Positions 34,160 through 47,400 of a stretch of 64,000 nucleotides of DNA are shown here, piece by piece. The notes under the pieces were generated by a model. The model saw only the letters and a program-made list of their open reading frames with translations. It was not told the DNA's origin and did not search any database. The first letter of the stretch is position 1. Each line of letters begins with the position of its first letter. A program made the translations under genes and the position numbers. Source of the DNA: Octopus vulgaris (lineage: Eukaryota); the NCBI GenBank assembly GCA_951406725.2, contig OX597822.1:91202001-91266000 (forward strand). The letters run 5' to 3'.

Positions 34160-36958
34160 CAGTGATTCCCAACATGGTCCCTAGGGCCCACCAGTGGTCC
34201 CCAGAGAATTCATAGCCATAAAAAAAATTGAAGCCATTTCAGATCTACAAAATATTGTTCGATAATAAAGACACTGTTAGTTAATAATAATTTATGTTAA
34301 AGACAGAATAATAATAATAAAACAAAATTCAATAATTATTCCATAAGAATCAATAATGTATAATATATAATCAATAATATATATTGCAATCAAGAATTAC
34401 ATAATTTAAATTTTACAATCACAACAGTTTCATAATAAAATTGATATTTTTAATAGATCACTACACAATATTGTTTAATAATAAATTTGATGCTTTTAAT
34501 TTATAGAAATAAAGTATTTATTATTTTTATTTATTATAAGATCAGTCGTAATAATGTCTGAACCAATTGCTAAAAAGGCAAAACTGAGGAACTACAAAGA
34601 AGATTTTATCATGTTAGGTTTTGTATCTGTACACTCAAAACCTATGTGCCTTGAATTTGATGCCATCATGACAAATCATTCCATGAAGAAAGTTAAGCTG
34701 GAACAGCACTAGAAATTAAGGCATCTATCATCTGTTGGTAAAGGCAGGGGATATTTTGAGAATAAAAAGAAAATACAGCCAATCAAACTACCCAACTCTG
34801 TAAAGAAGATAGATACTGAAAAAGCAAAGACACTCAAACCAAGTTATTTGGTCTCTGAAATTATTGCCAAGGTTGCAGCACCTCAGATTTATGGCGAGGA
34901 ACTTGTCAAGCCTGCTATGATAGCTTGTGCAAATGAAGTTCTGAGAAAAGATGCTGCATCTACTCTGAGTACAATTGCACTTTCAAATAACACAATTACA
35001 AGAAGACGGGATGGAATGTCTAATTTTGTTGAGAAGATTGTGGAAATTCTCCAAACGACAAATTTTTCTATCCAGGTTAAAGATAGCACAATTCATAACC
35101 AAGTTATCCTTCTGGTCTATGTCAGATTCATCCATGAAGATGATATATGGGAAGAAATATTATTCATTAAAAGTTTGTCTGAAACTACTAATGGAGACGA
35201 TATAGTCAATGAAGTAATGCAGTATTTTAATGATAAAAGTACTCCATTGACTAATTTGATCAATATTGCATGAGATGGAGCTGCAGCCATGACTGGAAAA
35301 GTGAAAGGTTTTGTTTCTAGAATGAAATCAGTTGCTCCTCACATTTTTTATGTACATTGCATTATCCACAGACGGCATTTGGTCGCTAAGAATATTGGAG
35401 GTCACATGGAAGAAGCACTCAACACTGTCATACATGCAATTAACTTTGTCAAATCAAACCCAGTGAATAATAGACATTTTATGCAATTCTGTGAAGATGA
35501 AGATTTTAAAACCCTATTGCTTCACACAGAAGTAAGATGGTTGTCAAAAGAACTGAGCCTTGAAAGACTAGTGGACATTATCAAAGAAGCTTGAGAGGCG
35601 GTTGGATGGAATCTACACTCACCTCCTTATGAGAGCTCAAAATCTCTCGTGGAAGCGTCATCCAACCAAAATGCAAATATATGGGAAACTACCACCCGTG
35701 TCATCTCTTGTGAAAGGTAGGAGAGTCCAGTTTGCTGGACATTGTTGTAGAGCTGAAAACAAGGCAATTTCTACTCTTCTCCTCTGGAAGCCATCTACTC
35801 GCAATACCAGAGGGCGCACACTCTCCTACCCTGATGTAATCTCCAGGGATACAGGCATCCAGCAACAGGACCTCTGTAATGCTATGATGGACCATGAAGT
35901 CTGGCGTAGCTTGGTAAATTCCATTATCTCGACCACGGTGGGATGATGATGATGATGAATTTGTGGGAACCATTAATCAACTTCCTTATATTCAAGAGTC
36001 AGATGACTCACTACAACTCAAAGAAGCAAGCTGATACAGCTAAGAAAATTTGGAAAGACTTTCTAAGTTTAAATCAAAAATATTCAATTTGAGTGATATT
36101 TTTAAAACAGTGAATCTGCTTAACTTAGAGCTGCAAGGTAGAAAATCAGATTTGTTCACCTGTTCTCAGAAGATAAAAGGGTAGATGGGGAAATTAAAAT
36201 TTTGGGAAAAACAGTTTGGAAAAAAAAATTTGGCATCATTTCAAAATTTTAACACCACTGTTCCTACATCAGAATGCATTGCTGCATGCATTGCCCGTCT
36301 TGAAGGTCTTCATGTAGACTTTGAGAGAAGATACAATGATTTATTAAAGATGGAATATCCACTCTAGTTTGTAGACTTAGAAAATTATGAGCCAGGAGAT
36401 GAAAACTTTGAGCTGGCTGAAAGGGAATATGAAACTGAGAAGAAGAGTTGAAAAAGAAGGTGCCTTTGCCTACATATCGATAAAGGAATCACACCCAAAT
36501 ATTTGTTGACATGTAGAAGCAAGCATCATTTCTTTCCCTACCACATGGATGGTGGAATCTGCATTTTCAGCTGTTGTAGATATTTCATGTAGAAAAAGAA
36601 ATAAATCAACAGCAGAGGAACTATCAGACTAAGACTTAATGAGTTCATTAAAATTGATATTGATATATTGTGTCAGAAACACCAATATCAAGCTAGTCCC
36701 TAGCTGAATGGACTAAAAATGAATGACTTTATGATAAAGGATTTTGATATCTTGTGCTTATCTTTGTTTACTAAAATAAATTTAAATCTTATCTTTTGTT
36801 TGCTAAAATAAATTTTAAAGTGTAAATAGACTATTCTGTCTTTTCATTAAGTATTTTGGTGTGAAAATAGAAAAGCATGAAGTAAAAGTAGAAGTGGTCC
36901 CTAGAAATCTTTTCAAGTAAAAAATGGTCCCTGAGCTGAAAAAGGTTGGGAACCACTG
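34160..36958 (+). mobile_element. hAT (Buster/Charlie-type) DNA transposon, full-length fossil
   Basis: TIRs CAGTG(A/G)TTCCCAAC; perfect 8-bp TSD CTTTAAAC with central TA; transposase from ATG 34554 with decayed BED finger, DGAAAM, HCIIHR, EVRWLS, ESAFS; stops and frameshifts. Confidence 0.95.
35574..35957 (+). mobile_element. 5'-truncated non-LTR retrotransposon end nested in the Buster transposase
   Basis: WTLSKKLERRLDGIYTHLL...RRVQFAGHC...LLLWKP...WR followed by a (GAT)n tail; transposase frame RLV|NLWEPL is split at this point. Confidence 0.85.
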
Positions 36959-39147
36959 CTTTAAACCATAGATCAGTTCAATCACAAATTCAACAGCAAC
37001 AAAGCATTAAATCATTTTTGAGAAATAAAGGCTAATTTTTAAAATTATTTAATTAGAGAAAGTGTAAAGCACATGATCTTGCTGGCTCTTCCAAAGTGTT
37101 GTTAATGTGATTGTGGGGAGAAAGACAAACAAAAGTATTTAATACAGTCTCATAAGTTAGATTAAATAGGAACAAAGAGAGATGGGTAAGTGCACTGATT
37201 GAGCTTGGGCAAAGTTGATATACAGCTTGCTTGTTCAGAAAAGCATAACCTCTTTTAATAGAAAACAGCATGTCTGTAAGCAGATGATTGTAATACATTA
37301 GTGAATCGAAGTTTGCCATCTGGATGGTTTTTTTTTTTTTTTGTAGGAGAGGATTTTTGTGTGTGCATCATACATATATATGAAGGTTAACAACTGATGA
37401 GAACTAAAATATTTTTGGACTCCGAAGAGGAAGCCTAATATTTGGGATGAAGTTTATATTAAGTATGTGTGGCTATTATAACTGATCAAAGTCTAGCAGC
37501 TGCAACCTCAGCAGGTTTTTTAAGCTCATATGCAAGAATTTCTTTGATATTTGTAGTGATTATTATGATGCTGTTGAAGGAGACTAAGTTGCCATGTATC
37601 TATCAGACAAAGATGCTGAAATATGAAGTATGATGGAAGCATTGAAAAATCTAATGTGAGACATTAAGATTGCTTACAGATGACACATCTGAAGAAGGTT
37701 AAGAGGAGTGAAGTGTTGTGTGTGTGAATTTACGGCAAGTTCATCGTTAAGGAACAAAAGAGAAAGTGTAGGAGACATAACCTTGGTATACTAGAGTTGG
37801 TCGATTCTAGGTTCAAGTGTGCCTCATACATACATGCTATGTAGAGGGGTTTGAGGGGAAACCTGAAAGAAAGCTGAAGTCCACAGGTCGGTAACCTTTC
37901 TAGGCAATTGTACAAAACCAAGTTGAGAGCTTTGATCGCTTTTTGTTGAAATTCTTAGTAAAGTGGTTAAAAAAAAAACAAAAAAAAAACAAAAAAACAG
38001 AAAGAGCTTCAGAAGGATAAAAGAGGTCTTTATGTTTCCTGGTTTAAAAAAGTGAGAAACAGTCAAAAGTGCTGAGGTGGGGTGTCAGTCAGATATGTAT
38101 CAATGCAGACACCCTCAGAATGGCAAATGATTTGGGTCTGTCTATGATGCTGTATGACAGAGAAACACAAACAGTAAATAAAAATCTTGTGTAGTAAAAT
38201 GGAAAAGAATAATTTAACTGTTTCAATAGATGTACAAAGTTAGCTTATGGGGATGATTTGAGCTTGAGTTATGTTCAGCTTTGCAGAGGAAATATTGCAT
38301 GGAGAGTTGCTGTTTTGCAGACATATCTATCTATACAATCAAAGAACCCTAGACATTCAAACAAAAATGAAGATAATGGGTTTCTCTTTTTTTTTTACTA
38401 TTGTTGCATTTGTTGGATAGATAAAATTCAGCTGTTTCCTTCTTGCAAGAAATTAAAAATAGATTCGATTTACTGTTTTTCTGACATTTTTTTAACCATA
38501 AAGTTTTAAGAAAATGCCTGTGGACTTTTAAATTTTGTTTTACCATCTACAGAAAATGATATTAAACATTTTTTGGGCTTTTTTAACTCTCTTTATTACG
38601 AAATAATTACAAGCTATATTGGGTCAATTTCATTAAAACCATTTATATAAAATGTGATGTATACAAAATAAGCATTTCTCAATTTTTAAATAAATAATGT
38701 AACTTTCACTCAATTTTATGATTATGTAACAACTTTTAGAATTATTTTCTATACCCAGTTTGCCATTAAAAACTACTCGTTATGTTAAGTTTTCTTCAGG
38801 TGTATTTGAAAAAAAAAAAAGAAATTTAAAACTTCCTTCTTGATTTATCTGTACTATAAGAAGTTTGTATAAGGAATGAGCTGGATGCTGGGTTATATAC
38901 TTCACTCATGATGCTATTTATGGTATAGCCGAGCACTGTGACAAACAAATAATTCAAAAAGAGAACCTTCTTATTTTGTAATTACAATTATTTTGAATTA
39001 CATCTCCAGGTATTCTTCTTCTTACCTAGATTGTTAGTTACTTAGTATTTAAGTTATATGGTCTTTCTTTCTGGAATGTTATGATGAACTCAAATGGACC
39101 TGTTTAACATACAAAATAATTTCCATTTAATAAATCCTTTTTGAGCA

Positions 39148-39589
39148 TCACACATTAGCTATCTGAGTTGGGGTTCGTTTACCACTTGGTACACTACTAT
39201 ACATTTGGTCTTGGAATGAGTCCACATAATCCATACAATAGTTATAATGATCTTCCATAGGAACAGGAGTCCCTACAGGAATTTTATGTTGCCATGTTGG
39301 AGGTGCACTTTGAACTCCAGAGCGATTATGAATCCAATGTTTTTGACTGCCTTGTATATTGTCAGTGTAATTGCTACTTGATGGTCCATGTATGTCATCT
39401 TTATGTTTGCTGGGTTGCCAAGAATGAGAAACATCACGATCCTCATCTTGCCAACTTTCTTGTACAGTACGAGGATATGGAGGAGGGAATTTAGGAACTA
39501 TTTCCGAATAGTTGGTTTCATAGAAGTGTTCATCATTGTTGGACTCTGGAATATAGTTATAAGGCGGATGGCTCGGATGTACAGGAACC
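39148..39589 (-). CDS. PARD3: PARD3 terminal exon
   Basis: tttag|G GTT CCT GTA...; 146 open codons ending GKRTPTQIANV* (TGA 39148-39150). Confidence 0.78.
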
Positions 39590-40295
39590 CTAAATAAAAT
39601 AGAAAATGAATATTGAAGAACAAAGTTATAATCTTTTCTACTCTAGGCACAAGGCCTGAAAGTTTGGGAGAGGGGGGTAGTCAATTAGATTGACCCCAGT
39701 ATGCAACTGGTACTTAATTTATCAACCCCAAAAGGGTGAAAGGCAAAGTTGACCTTGGCAGAATTTGAACTCCGAACGTAAAGACAGATGAAATACTGCT
39801 AAGCATTTTGCCCAGGGTGCTAACGTTTCTGTCAGCTCACCGCCTTAGAATGAAGTTATATTATAAGAAAAATTAGTGTTTTGTGGGCAAATGTAGCCAA
39901 CTGAAAAATAACAAATATTTAAACTTTCAATATAAAATGTGTGCTGCGTGACATAAGAAAACATGATCAAAAGTGATATTTTACAATAAAGCAATAAAGT
40001 GATAAAAAAATAGAGAGAAGGTAACTGTAATATCTGGTGATGAAAGTGAAGTGATTAAAAGTTCATGCATTCTGACGTTCAAAGGTTTAACTACAGATTA
40101 AACAGTGTAGTGACTAGATGGACACTAGTTGTATAGGCAACATTTAACACAAGTGCAGCTCTTGGTAATCAACTGTGCTTCTGGTGCTGGCATAGACGAT
40201 ACAGAAAACTGCAGTATGAAACTCTACCTTCCGTTAACTGCTGCGTTCTTACTCATAAATGGGGTCCTATCCAGGAATTGGAGAAAAGTGCATAC

Positions 40296-40405
40296 CTTTC
40301 ATGCTGAACAGTCCGAACCCCAGGTGGACGATTCTTATTCACAATAGCATATTCTACCTCTTGGTAAGGAAGCTGGTTAGGATTGGAACTGTAATTGCTC
40401 AACTT
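40296..40405 (-). CDS. PARD3: PARD3 penultimate exon
   Basis: tttacag|KLSNYSSNPNQLPYQEVEYAIVNKNRPPGVRTVQHE AG|gtatgc; phase 0-2. Confidence 0.7.
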
Positions 40406-41724
40406 CTGTAAAGATTAAAATGAAATCAATCAACTACTGAAGGGGAAAAAGGTGTGTTTGGCTGTGAAATTGATAATTACATCAAAATGTGGAAAATGGT
40501 TGGTATTGTTAATACATTTAATATTTTCATGAGATCAATTGGCTATGAATATCAAATGGATACACTCACACGAACCGAATACTTGCTCTTGCATTTTTTA
40601 CACTCCAAACTTTATATACTGTTAATGAAAACATGGGTGTCAGGCGGCTGGTTGGGTCACTAATTATACTGGACTGGAATTTGTAGCTGTGATACCAGTG
40701 CCGGTGGCACGTAAGAGAACCATCCGAACGTGGCCGTAGCCAGCGCCGCCCTGACTGGCCTCCGTGCCGGTGGCACATAACAAGCACCATCCGATCGTGG
40801 CCGTTGCCAGCCTCGTCTGGCACCTGTGCCGGTGGCACGTAAAAAGCACCATCTGATCGTGGCCGTTTGCCAGCCTCGTCTGGCCCCCGTGCCAGTGGCA
40901 CATAAAAAGCACCATCCGATCGTGGCCGTTGCCAGCCTCGTCTGGCACCTGTGCCGGTGGCACGTAAAAAGCACCCACTACACTCATGGAGTGGTTGGCG
41001 TTAGGAAGGGCATTCAGCTGTAGAAACACTGCCAGATCAGACTGGAGCCTGGTGCAGCCTCCTGGCTTCCCAGACCCCAGTTGAACTGTCCAACCCATGC
41101 CAGCATGGAAAGCGGACGTTAAACGATGATGATGATATACAAAACAGCCTATTACAAAAAAACTGAGTTGAAAAGAAACAAAAGTATAAAGTATCAGCTA
41201 TAATATTTTATTCATCAGGCTTGTATATAGTTATGGAAGGATCCATGTATGTGGTAAGCCACATTTCATTAATAAACTTTTCAGGATTAAAACTAAACTG
41301 TTTAAATCACAGCTAGTTACTCTTGCCCACGTAGGAGGAAGGTTTGAAAAGGCTATGAATACTGAAACCTCTCTTCAAACACATCAATAATGTTTGTTTT
41401 TTTAAATTTAGGCACAAAACCAGCAATATTTTAGGGCATGGGATAAGTCAATATCACAAACCAGATTGGTACTCGATAGGTACCTTATTTCATCAACCCT
41501 GGCGGAATGAAAGCAAAGTTGGCATTTGCAGGATTTGAACTCAAAATGTAAAGAACGGTAACAAATATAGTAAAGCATTTTTTTTTGTGCTCTATCCAGC
41601 TTGACACCTTGAACAAATGCACAGGCAATTGTTGGTCTTCCATAAACAACCTTGCCCAGACTTGTGCTTTGGAGGGTAACTTTCTAGATGCAATCCATGG
41701 TCATTCATATCCTCAGTAGTCTGT

Positions 41725-42372
41725 AACTACTGAGGATAGGCAGATGCTTGAAAGAAATGAAACCAGTATCCTCTGCTGGATGGGTAATGTCAGTGTGCAT
41801 ATACAACAGGGTGTAAGTAATTTGAGAGAAAAACTGGGTATACGAAGCATCAGATGTAGCATGCAAAAGAGAAGAGTGTACTGGTATGGCCATGTCATGC
41901 ATATGAATGAAGACAGTTGCATCAAGAGATGCCACTCTCTAATTGTAGAGGGAACTCGTGGAAAGGGCAGACCCAGGAAGACATAGGATGAAGTGGTAAG
42001 ATAGGATCTACAGACATCAGGACTCACAGAGGGGATGACATGGGACTGAGATGCCTGGCGGTTTGCTGTGCTTGGAAAGACATGTCAAGCTAAGTATAGG
42101 CTGTCCCCTGCGTCCCGCTCCAATTGAGCATTCCTAACCTTGCAGGCTGGTGCCACATAAAAAGCACCTGTACCAGTGCCATGCAAATGCATCCTTGCCA
42201 TTGCTGTGTAAAAGCACCCAGCATACTTTGTAGAATGGTTGGCATTAGGAAGGGCATCCAGCTGTAGAAACTGTACCAAAACAGAGAGTGTGGGCAGCTC
42301 TTCAGCTGGCCAGCTCCTGTCAAACTGTCCAACTCATGCCAGCATAGAAAACATGTTAAATGATGATGATGT
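41725..42372 (+). mobile_element. RTE-type LINE 3' end (ORF C-terminus, 3'UTR, (GAT)n tail)
   Basis: LREKLGIRSI...RRVYWYGHVMHM...GTRGKGRPRKT, then UTR with gaagggcatccagctgtagaaac and a tgatgatgat tail. Confidence 0.85.
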
Positions 42373-42478
42373 TTTACCTCAGATAAAAATAAAAGATGAG
42401 GAAGGTGCCCCAAAATTAAGTAACTACTGTCTTTGGAGGTATAAGACTATAACTATGAATATTATAAAAGGTACATAC

Positions 42479-42728
42479 TCTCCTCTCTAAATCTTGCAAA
42501 CGTTTCTCGTACAAATCTTCCCTATCTTCATGAGGGTAACGTCCTTGTCGTTCTTGATGTTTTCTTTGATGGTCCTCTCTTAGCTGCTGGATCTTGTCAG
42601 TGCGATTATTTCCCATACCATTATATGGATAAATGTCCATAACATGATGCTCTTTTGGGTACACAGCTCTTGGCTTATGAGGCTGAGATTTTACTTGAGA
42701 CTGTGGTGAACGTTGATACTCAGGGAAT
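42479..42728 (-). CDS. PARD3: PARD3 exon (coiled-coil region)
   Basis: FPEYQRSP...DKIQQLREDHQRKHQERQGRYPHEDREDLYEKRLQDLERR|gtatgt; phase 2-0. Confidence 0.85.
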
Positions 42729-43491
42729 CTATGTATATGTAATATATGAATGAACATTAGTTAAATAACAACGAGGCTTCATTAATGGAATAATATACTC
42801 TCACAATGATTTGCAAAGAGACAATTGGAAAAGTTACAAAAATTAAGGTTATAAACATTTTCATATATGGTTTATAAACATGCCTTATGGTAAACTAGAA
42901 TTCTCCTTCAAATCAATGATACATTTTAAAATAATATTTAAATTAAATTGTCAATGGTTTCCCCTCTATACCCAATACACAACTCAGATGGCCAAGTGAA
43001 GTTTGCTTTGCAATCATAGTATCTTGTGTTTCATTCCATTGCTGACCTCTTGGTCAAAGTCCTTTGGATTACAATTGAAAGGATCAGCCTTGTCACATTG
43101 TGCCATGTTAATTCTGCTTGAAAATTCTGTTTGGAATACATGTATTCCACTTACATGCTAACTCAATAGGTTGGCAGTTCAGTTGAATAAGTATTAACGA
43201 AACTGATGGAATATCCATTTATACACAACCCATTTAACCCTTTAGCATTGAGTTTACTGTCAGGTGTAAAAAAAATTATACAAAGACAGAATAAAGCTAA
43301 CAAACGTTGCTCAAACAGCTTGAAATGGCAGCCTAATCTTCCTCAAGTCTTACCCGACAGTCTTAAAAAAAAAATTTAATAGACCAAGATATACTATACG
43401 CCATACAAAGTTGGATTGGCTGTAGTTGGAATTAGGTCAATATTGACTTTAACCTACTTTTAATTTGCTAAAACAAAATATCAATTTTTAC

Positions 43492-43632
43492 TTATTCTGA
43501 TCTCCTCGAGGATTTTTCCAATTTTTGTCCATTTCTAATATTTCAGAAGGTGGTTTTTCATTTTTCTGTTTGCTTGCATTTTCATTTGAATGATCTTTGC
43601 TTCCTTTGTCTTCTTTGTTACTTTTATTAAAC
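43492..43632 (-). CDS. PARD3: PARD3 exon
   Basis: cccag|G TTT AAT AAA...AAT AA|gtaaaa; FNKSNKEDKG...NPRGDQN; phase 2-2. Confidence 0.78.
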
Positions 43633-43992
43633 CTGGGAAAATAAGCCACAAATAAAATCTTGTACTTTCCAATGAATGTGTATTTAATAATGTTATAATA
43701 GACATTTTCAATGGCAAAATAGACTAATATTTAATAAACATCCTAACAGCATCTATTATTTTGAGTAGACCCTGAAATAGAATATGTAACCAATAGATTT
43801 TAAGCATAGAAGATTTAAATTAATCTCAATCAATTTTAATAAAAGCATAAATTATATTAAAATACAATTTCAAAAAAACAAAAGAAGTTAAACTTCAAAT
43901 AACTTTTACGTAATATTTTTTAATTGAAAATAATCATAACAATAATATTTATTAAGTGAATCTTTTGTTATTATAAAAAGGTTATATCATAC

Positions 43993-44173
43993 TTGAAAAT
44001 TCCTTTAAAAAATCCACCACTTTTACGATTGTCTCGCTCCTTCTTCTTGCTTACTTTTGGTTGAGAATTTTCTTTAATATTAGGTGCATCGGTGTTTGAA
44101 ATGGAAGTATAAATGGGATGTGGGGCATAATTTTGGCCCACAACTGAACCTGAATCACTGTTTTCTTCTTCCA
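43993..44173 (-). CDS. PARD3: PARD3 exon (basic membrane-binding region)
   Basis: LEEENSDSGS...KKKERDNRKSGGFFKGIFK; phase 1-2. Confidence 0.85.
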
Positions 44174-45501
44174 CTATAGGAAAAAAAAAAGTATTACATC
44201 TTTACAATCATCAGTTAATGTCTGTTTTCCATAAAATATTTTATAAAAGACAAACACACACACACTTGCTAACACGCTATTCTAAAAACAGCATGTTGGA
44301 ATATATATGCTAAAGTTATATACTTCATCATCATTTAATGTCTGTTGTCCATGCTGGCATAGGTTGGACAGTTTGACCAGAGCTGGTAAGCTGAGGGGCT
44401 GTATCAGGCTCCTCTCTGATTTGGCATGGTTTCTACAACTGGATGCCCTTCCTAATGCCAACCACTCCAAGAGTGTAATGAGTACTTTTACACACCACTG
44501 GCACATCTTCCGCGACTATGATTTCACTTGGCTTGATGGGTCTTCTACTTAAACACAGCATATTGCCAAAGGTTATGGACATTTGTCAATGGCTCTTTGA
44601 GGCCCAACACTCAAAAGGTGCTTTTTATGTGCAAATGGTAAAAATACTTTTTCTAGTTTCCACTGGATTGGCCAGAAAATCTGTGCTTTTTTTTAGCAAA
44701 AATAAGACATTTTAAACATTTTCTTACAGACAGTGCACCCAATATGGCATTATTCAATGCAGCCTTCTTTTCTAAGATGGCAGGGTTTGAGTTGAGGTAA
44801 TTAATAGCTATTTATAACAGGTTGATTGACCATGTATAGATTCTCTCATCAGCTTGAGTTCTCTTGTTGCCCTGTATACATCCAGATATCATGTGTATGT
44901 TTATGTATGTGCATATTCTAATATCATTACAATATATTAATATTTTAAGTCCTCAATTGTTATTATGATCTACATTCGTTTTTAAGAATTTTATTTTGGT
45001 ACAAGTAAACCCCTTTTAGGTTCAAATCCAAATCCTATTGGGATGTACATTTGAACTTAAGAATAAATGCTAGTGTTCAGAGTATTTTCAACATCTTACT
45101 GTCCTTGCTTTCATAAAAAAATATTTCGTCTTTAGTTAAACTGGTTTTCTATTAAAATTCTCTTAGGTATAGAATAATAAACAAAAAGCACATATATTTA
45201 CTAACACAACATTTAAAAATAATTGGATTCCTATTAAAAAGAGATGATGAGCGATGGCTAGAAGGATATTGAGCTTAACTTGATAACCAGCTGATCTAGC
45301 AAGCGGGGCCTCATATCAGTGAGGGGGGCCGGTGCGCATTGATGCCGTCGAGAGGTAGGCCCCCGCAACGGCGCGCATTCTCTCCTGATGACCCCATACA
45401 CTTTCTGGCTTCCGGTATACAGAGCTTTTGACTGGTAGCACTTGCATGAGCAAGTTGTTTGCAAGATATCAATATGAAATTGTATACAGTGAATAACTTA
45501 C

Positions 45502-45714
45502 AAGTTTCCATATTCTGTGAAAGATGAGGAACTTCATAAGATCGGTCAACAGCTGCACGAAAACTCTCATTGCACATATGAGCTCTGTTAATTCGCTCAG
45601 CTGCCCAAAATGGTGGCGCAGCATTTTCAAAAACATTGTCAGGTGTTGGTAAACTTTCCATAGAACTGGAACGTTTTCTCAGACCCATGTTTGGTTGAGA
45701 CATTCGAGGTGACA
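45502..45714 (-). CDS. PARD3: PARD3 exon (SSSMESL and CNESFRAAVDRSY motifs)
   Basis: GLRKRSSSMESL and CNESFRAAVDRSYE are conserved Par-3 motifs; tag|TG...T|gtaagt. Confidence 0.93.
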
Positions 45715-46409
45715 CTACAAAAATAAAGAACATTTTTTTAGAATGAATTAAACACAGTAGTTTATTTAATGGTTTTTTTATTCAAAAGTGTAGCATTGAT
45801 ATTCATATTATCATATGTGTGTGTCAATTTTGAAGATAAAAGCAACATTCATTTATTAAAGTTGAATGAAGTATTTTGAACACTTTGTTAATGTTGGAAA
45901 AGATAATTTAGAAAAAAGTGATGGAAAACAGTTAAATGGAGAAGGAAGATTTTCTTATTTCTTTATTACCCACAAAGGGCTAAACAAGGACAGACAAAGG
46001 GATTAAGTCAATTACATTGACCCCCAGTGCATAACTTGTACTTAATTTATCGACCTTGAAAGGATGAAAGGCAAAGTGGACTTCGGTGGAATTTGAACTT
46101 ACAACGTAAAGACAGATGAAATACCGCTAAGCATTTCGCCTGGCGTGCTAACGTTTCTGCCAGCTCGCCGCTGGAGAAGGAAGATTTTCTGTCATACTCA
46201 CACTTCAACAACGAAGCCACTAAGCAGGATGGGATATGAGATTAAACAATCAGAAGGGTTTGTAATGTAACAATATCAATACAAATCACAGTGGGAAGGG
46301 ATTATGTCACATATCGCCTAGAAGCAAAACTTTTGTTACCAGGTGTAATTACTGAAGTATGAAATAGCTGGAAAAGAGAGAGACAGAGACAGAGGGAGAG
46401 ACAGAAAGA

Positions 46410-47400
46410 GAGTGTTATAACCCAATTAATTAGAAACTGATTTAAACTAGATGAGATGCAGTTTGGTTTCATGCTGAGGAGAAATACTTAGACAACTGCA
46501 GAAGTATTATATTTAATATTTGTTGACCTGAAGAAAGCCTGTGACAAAGTCCCTCACTCTGTGAATTGGTGGTGGTCTCTGAGAAAGATAAGGGTAGATA
46601 AATGGCTTGTGAAAGCCATAAAAACCATGTACAAGGGTGCTGTCAGTAAAGCAAGAGTCAACCATGAGCTCAGTGATGAGTGGAAGGGCTTGATGCTCAA
46701 TCTCCTATTTGTCTATCTTCTAGGCCATAACAGAGGAATTTAAGACCAGCTGACTCTAGGAAATATTACATGCTGAAGATCTCATTCTCATAGTAGAATC
46801 TGTAATAGAATTAGAAAAGAAATTCCAGGTGTGGAAGCAAAACCTGGAATCAAAGGACCTTAAAGTTTAACTTAGCAAAGACCAAAATTCTAGTAAGTAG
46901 GGAAACAGGATTTTACTCTCTTCAGGTAATGACCCTGCTTGATATGGGGAAAAAGGTGTAGGCAGAAACTCCACATGGTGTACCCAGCACAAGCAATGTA
47001 TGACCAAGAGGTGCTGTTGAATCACAGGAAGACTAATGGAGTGTTTATATGCGTAGGATGTGCAGGAGCAGTAAACACTAAACACAAACAGGAAATAGAT
47101 TTTCTTAAATGTCCTGGAAGTAGTAAAGTAGTTTCTGTTACCTAGGTAACAATGGAGGAGGGTGTTTTGAAAGTGTAGTTGCTAGACTAAAAATAGGACA
47201 AAATTCAAAGAGCATAACCCCTGTTAGCAATAAAAAGATTTTCTGTCTTTGAGTGAAAGGCAGATTGTATAATGCTGGTGTATAATGGAGCTTATAGAAG
47301 AATACATGGGATGAAGTAGTGGAAGCAGATCTCATGATGCTATGCATCACAGAGATGACAAAGGACTGAGACAGTTGGCAACTTGTGCTCAAGAAGACCC
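46410..47400 (+). mobile_element. Decayed RTE-type LINE RT fragment related to 28190-29070
   Basis: DEMQFGFM, FVDLKKACDKVP, KWLVKAIKTMYKGAVSKARV, HAEDLIL; visible nucleotide similarity to the 28.4-29.0 kb copy. Confidence 0.78.

Noticed and set aside
40150-40295. Two extra coding-looking phase-2 micro-exons after the PARD3 exon ending at 40296
   Set aside because: They would need introns of about 29 and 41 nt, probably too short; unsupported without RNA data.
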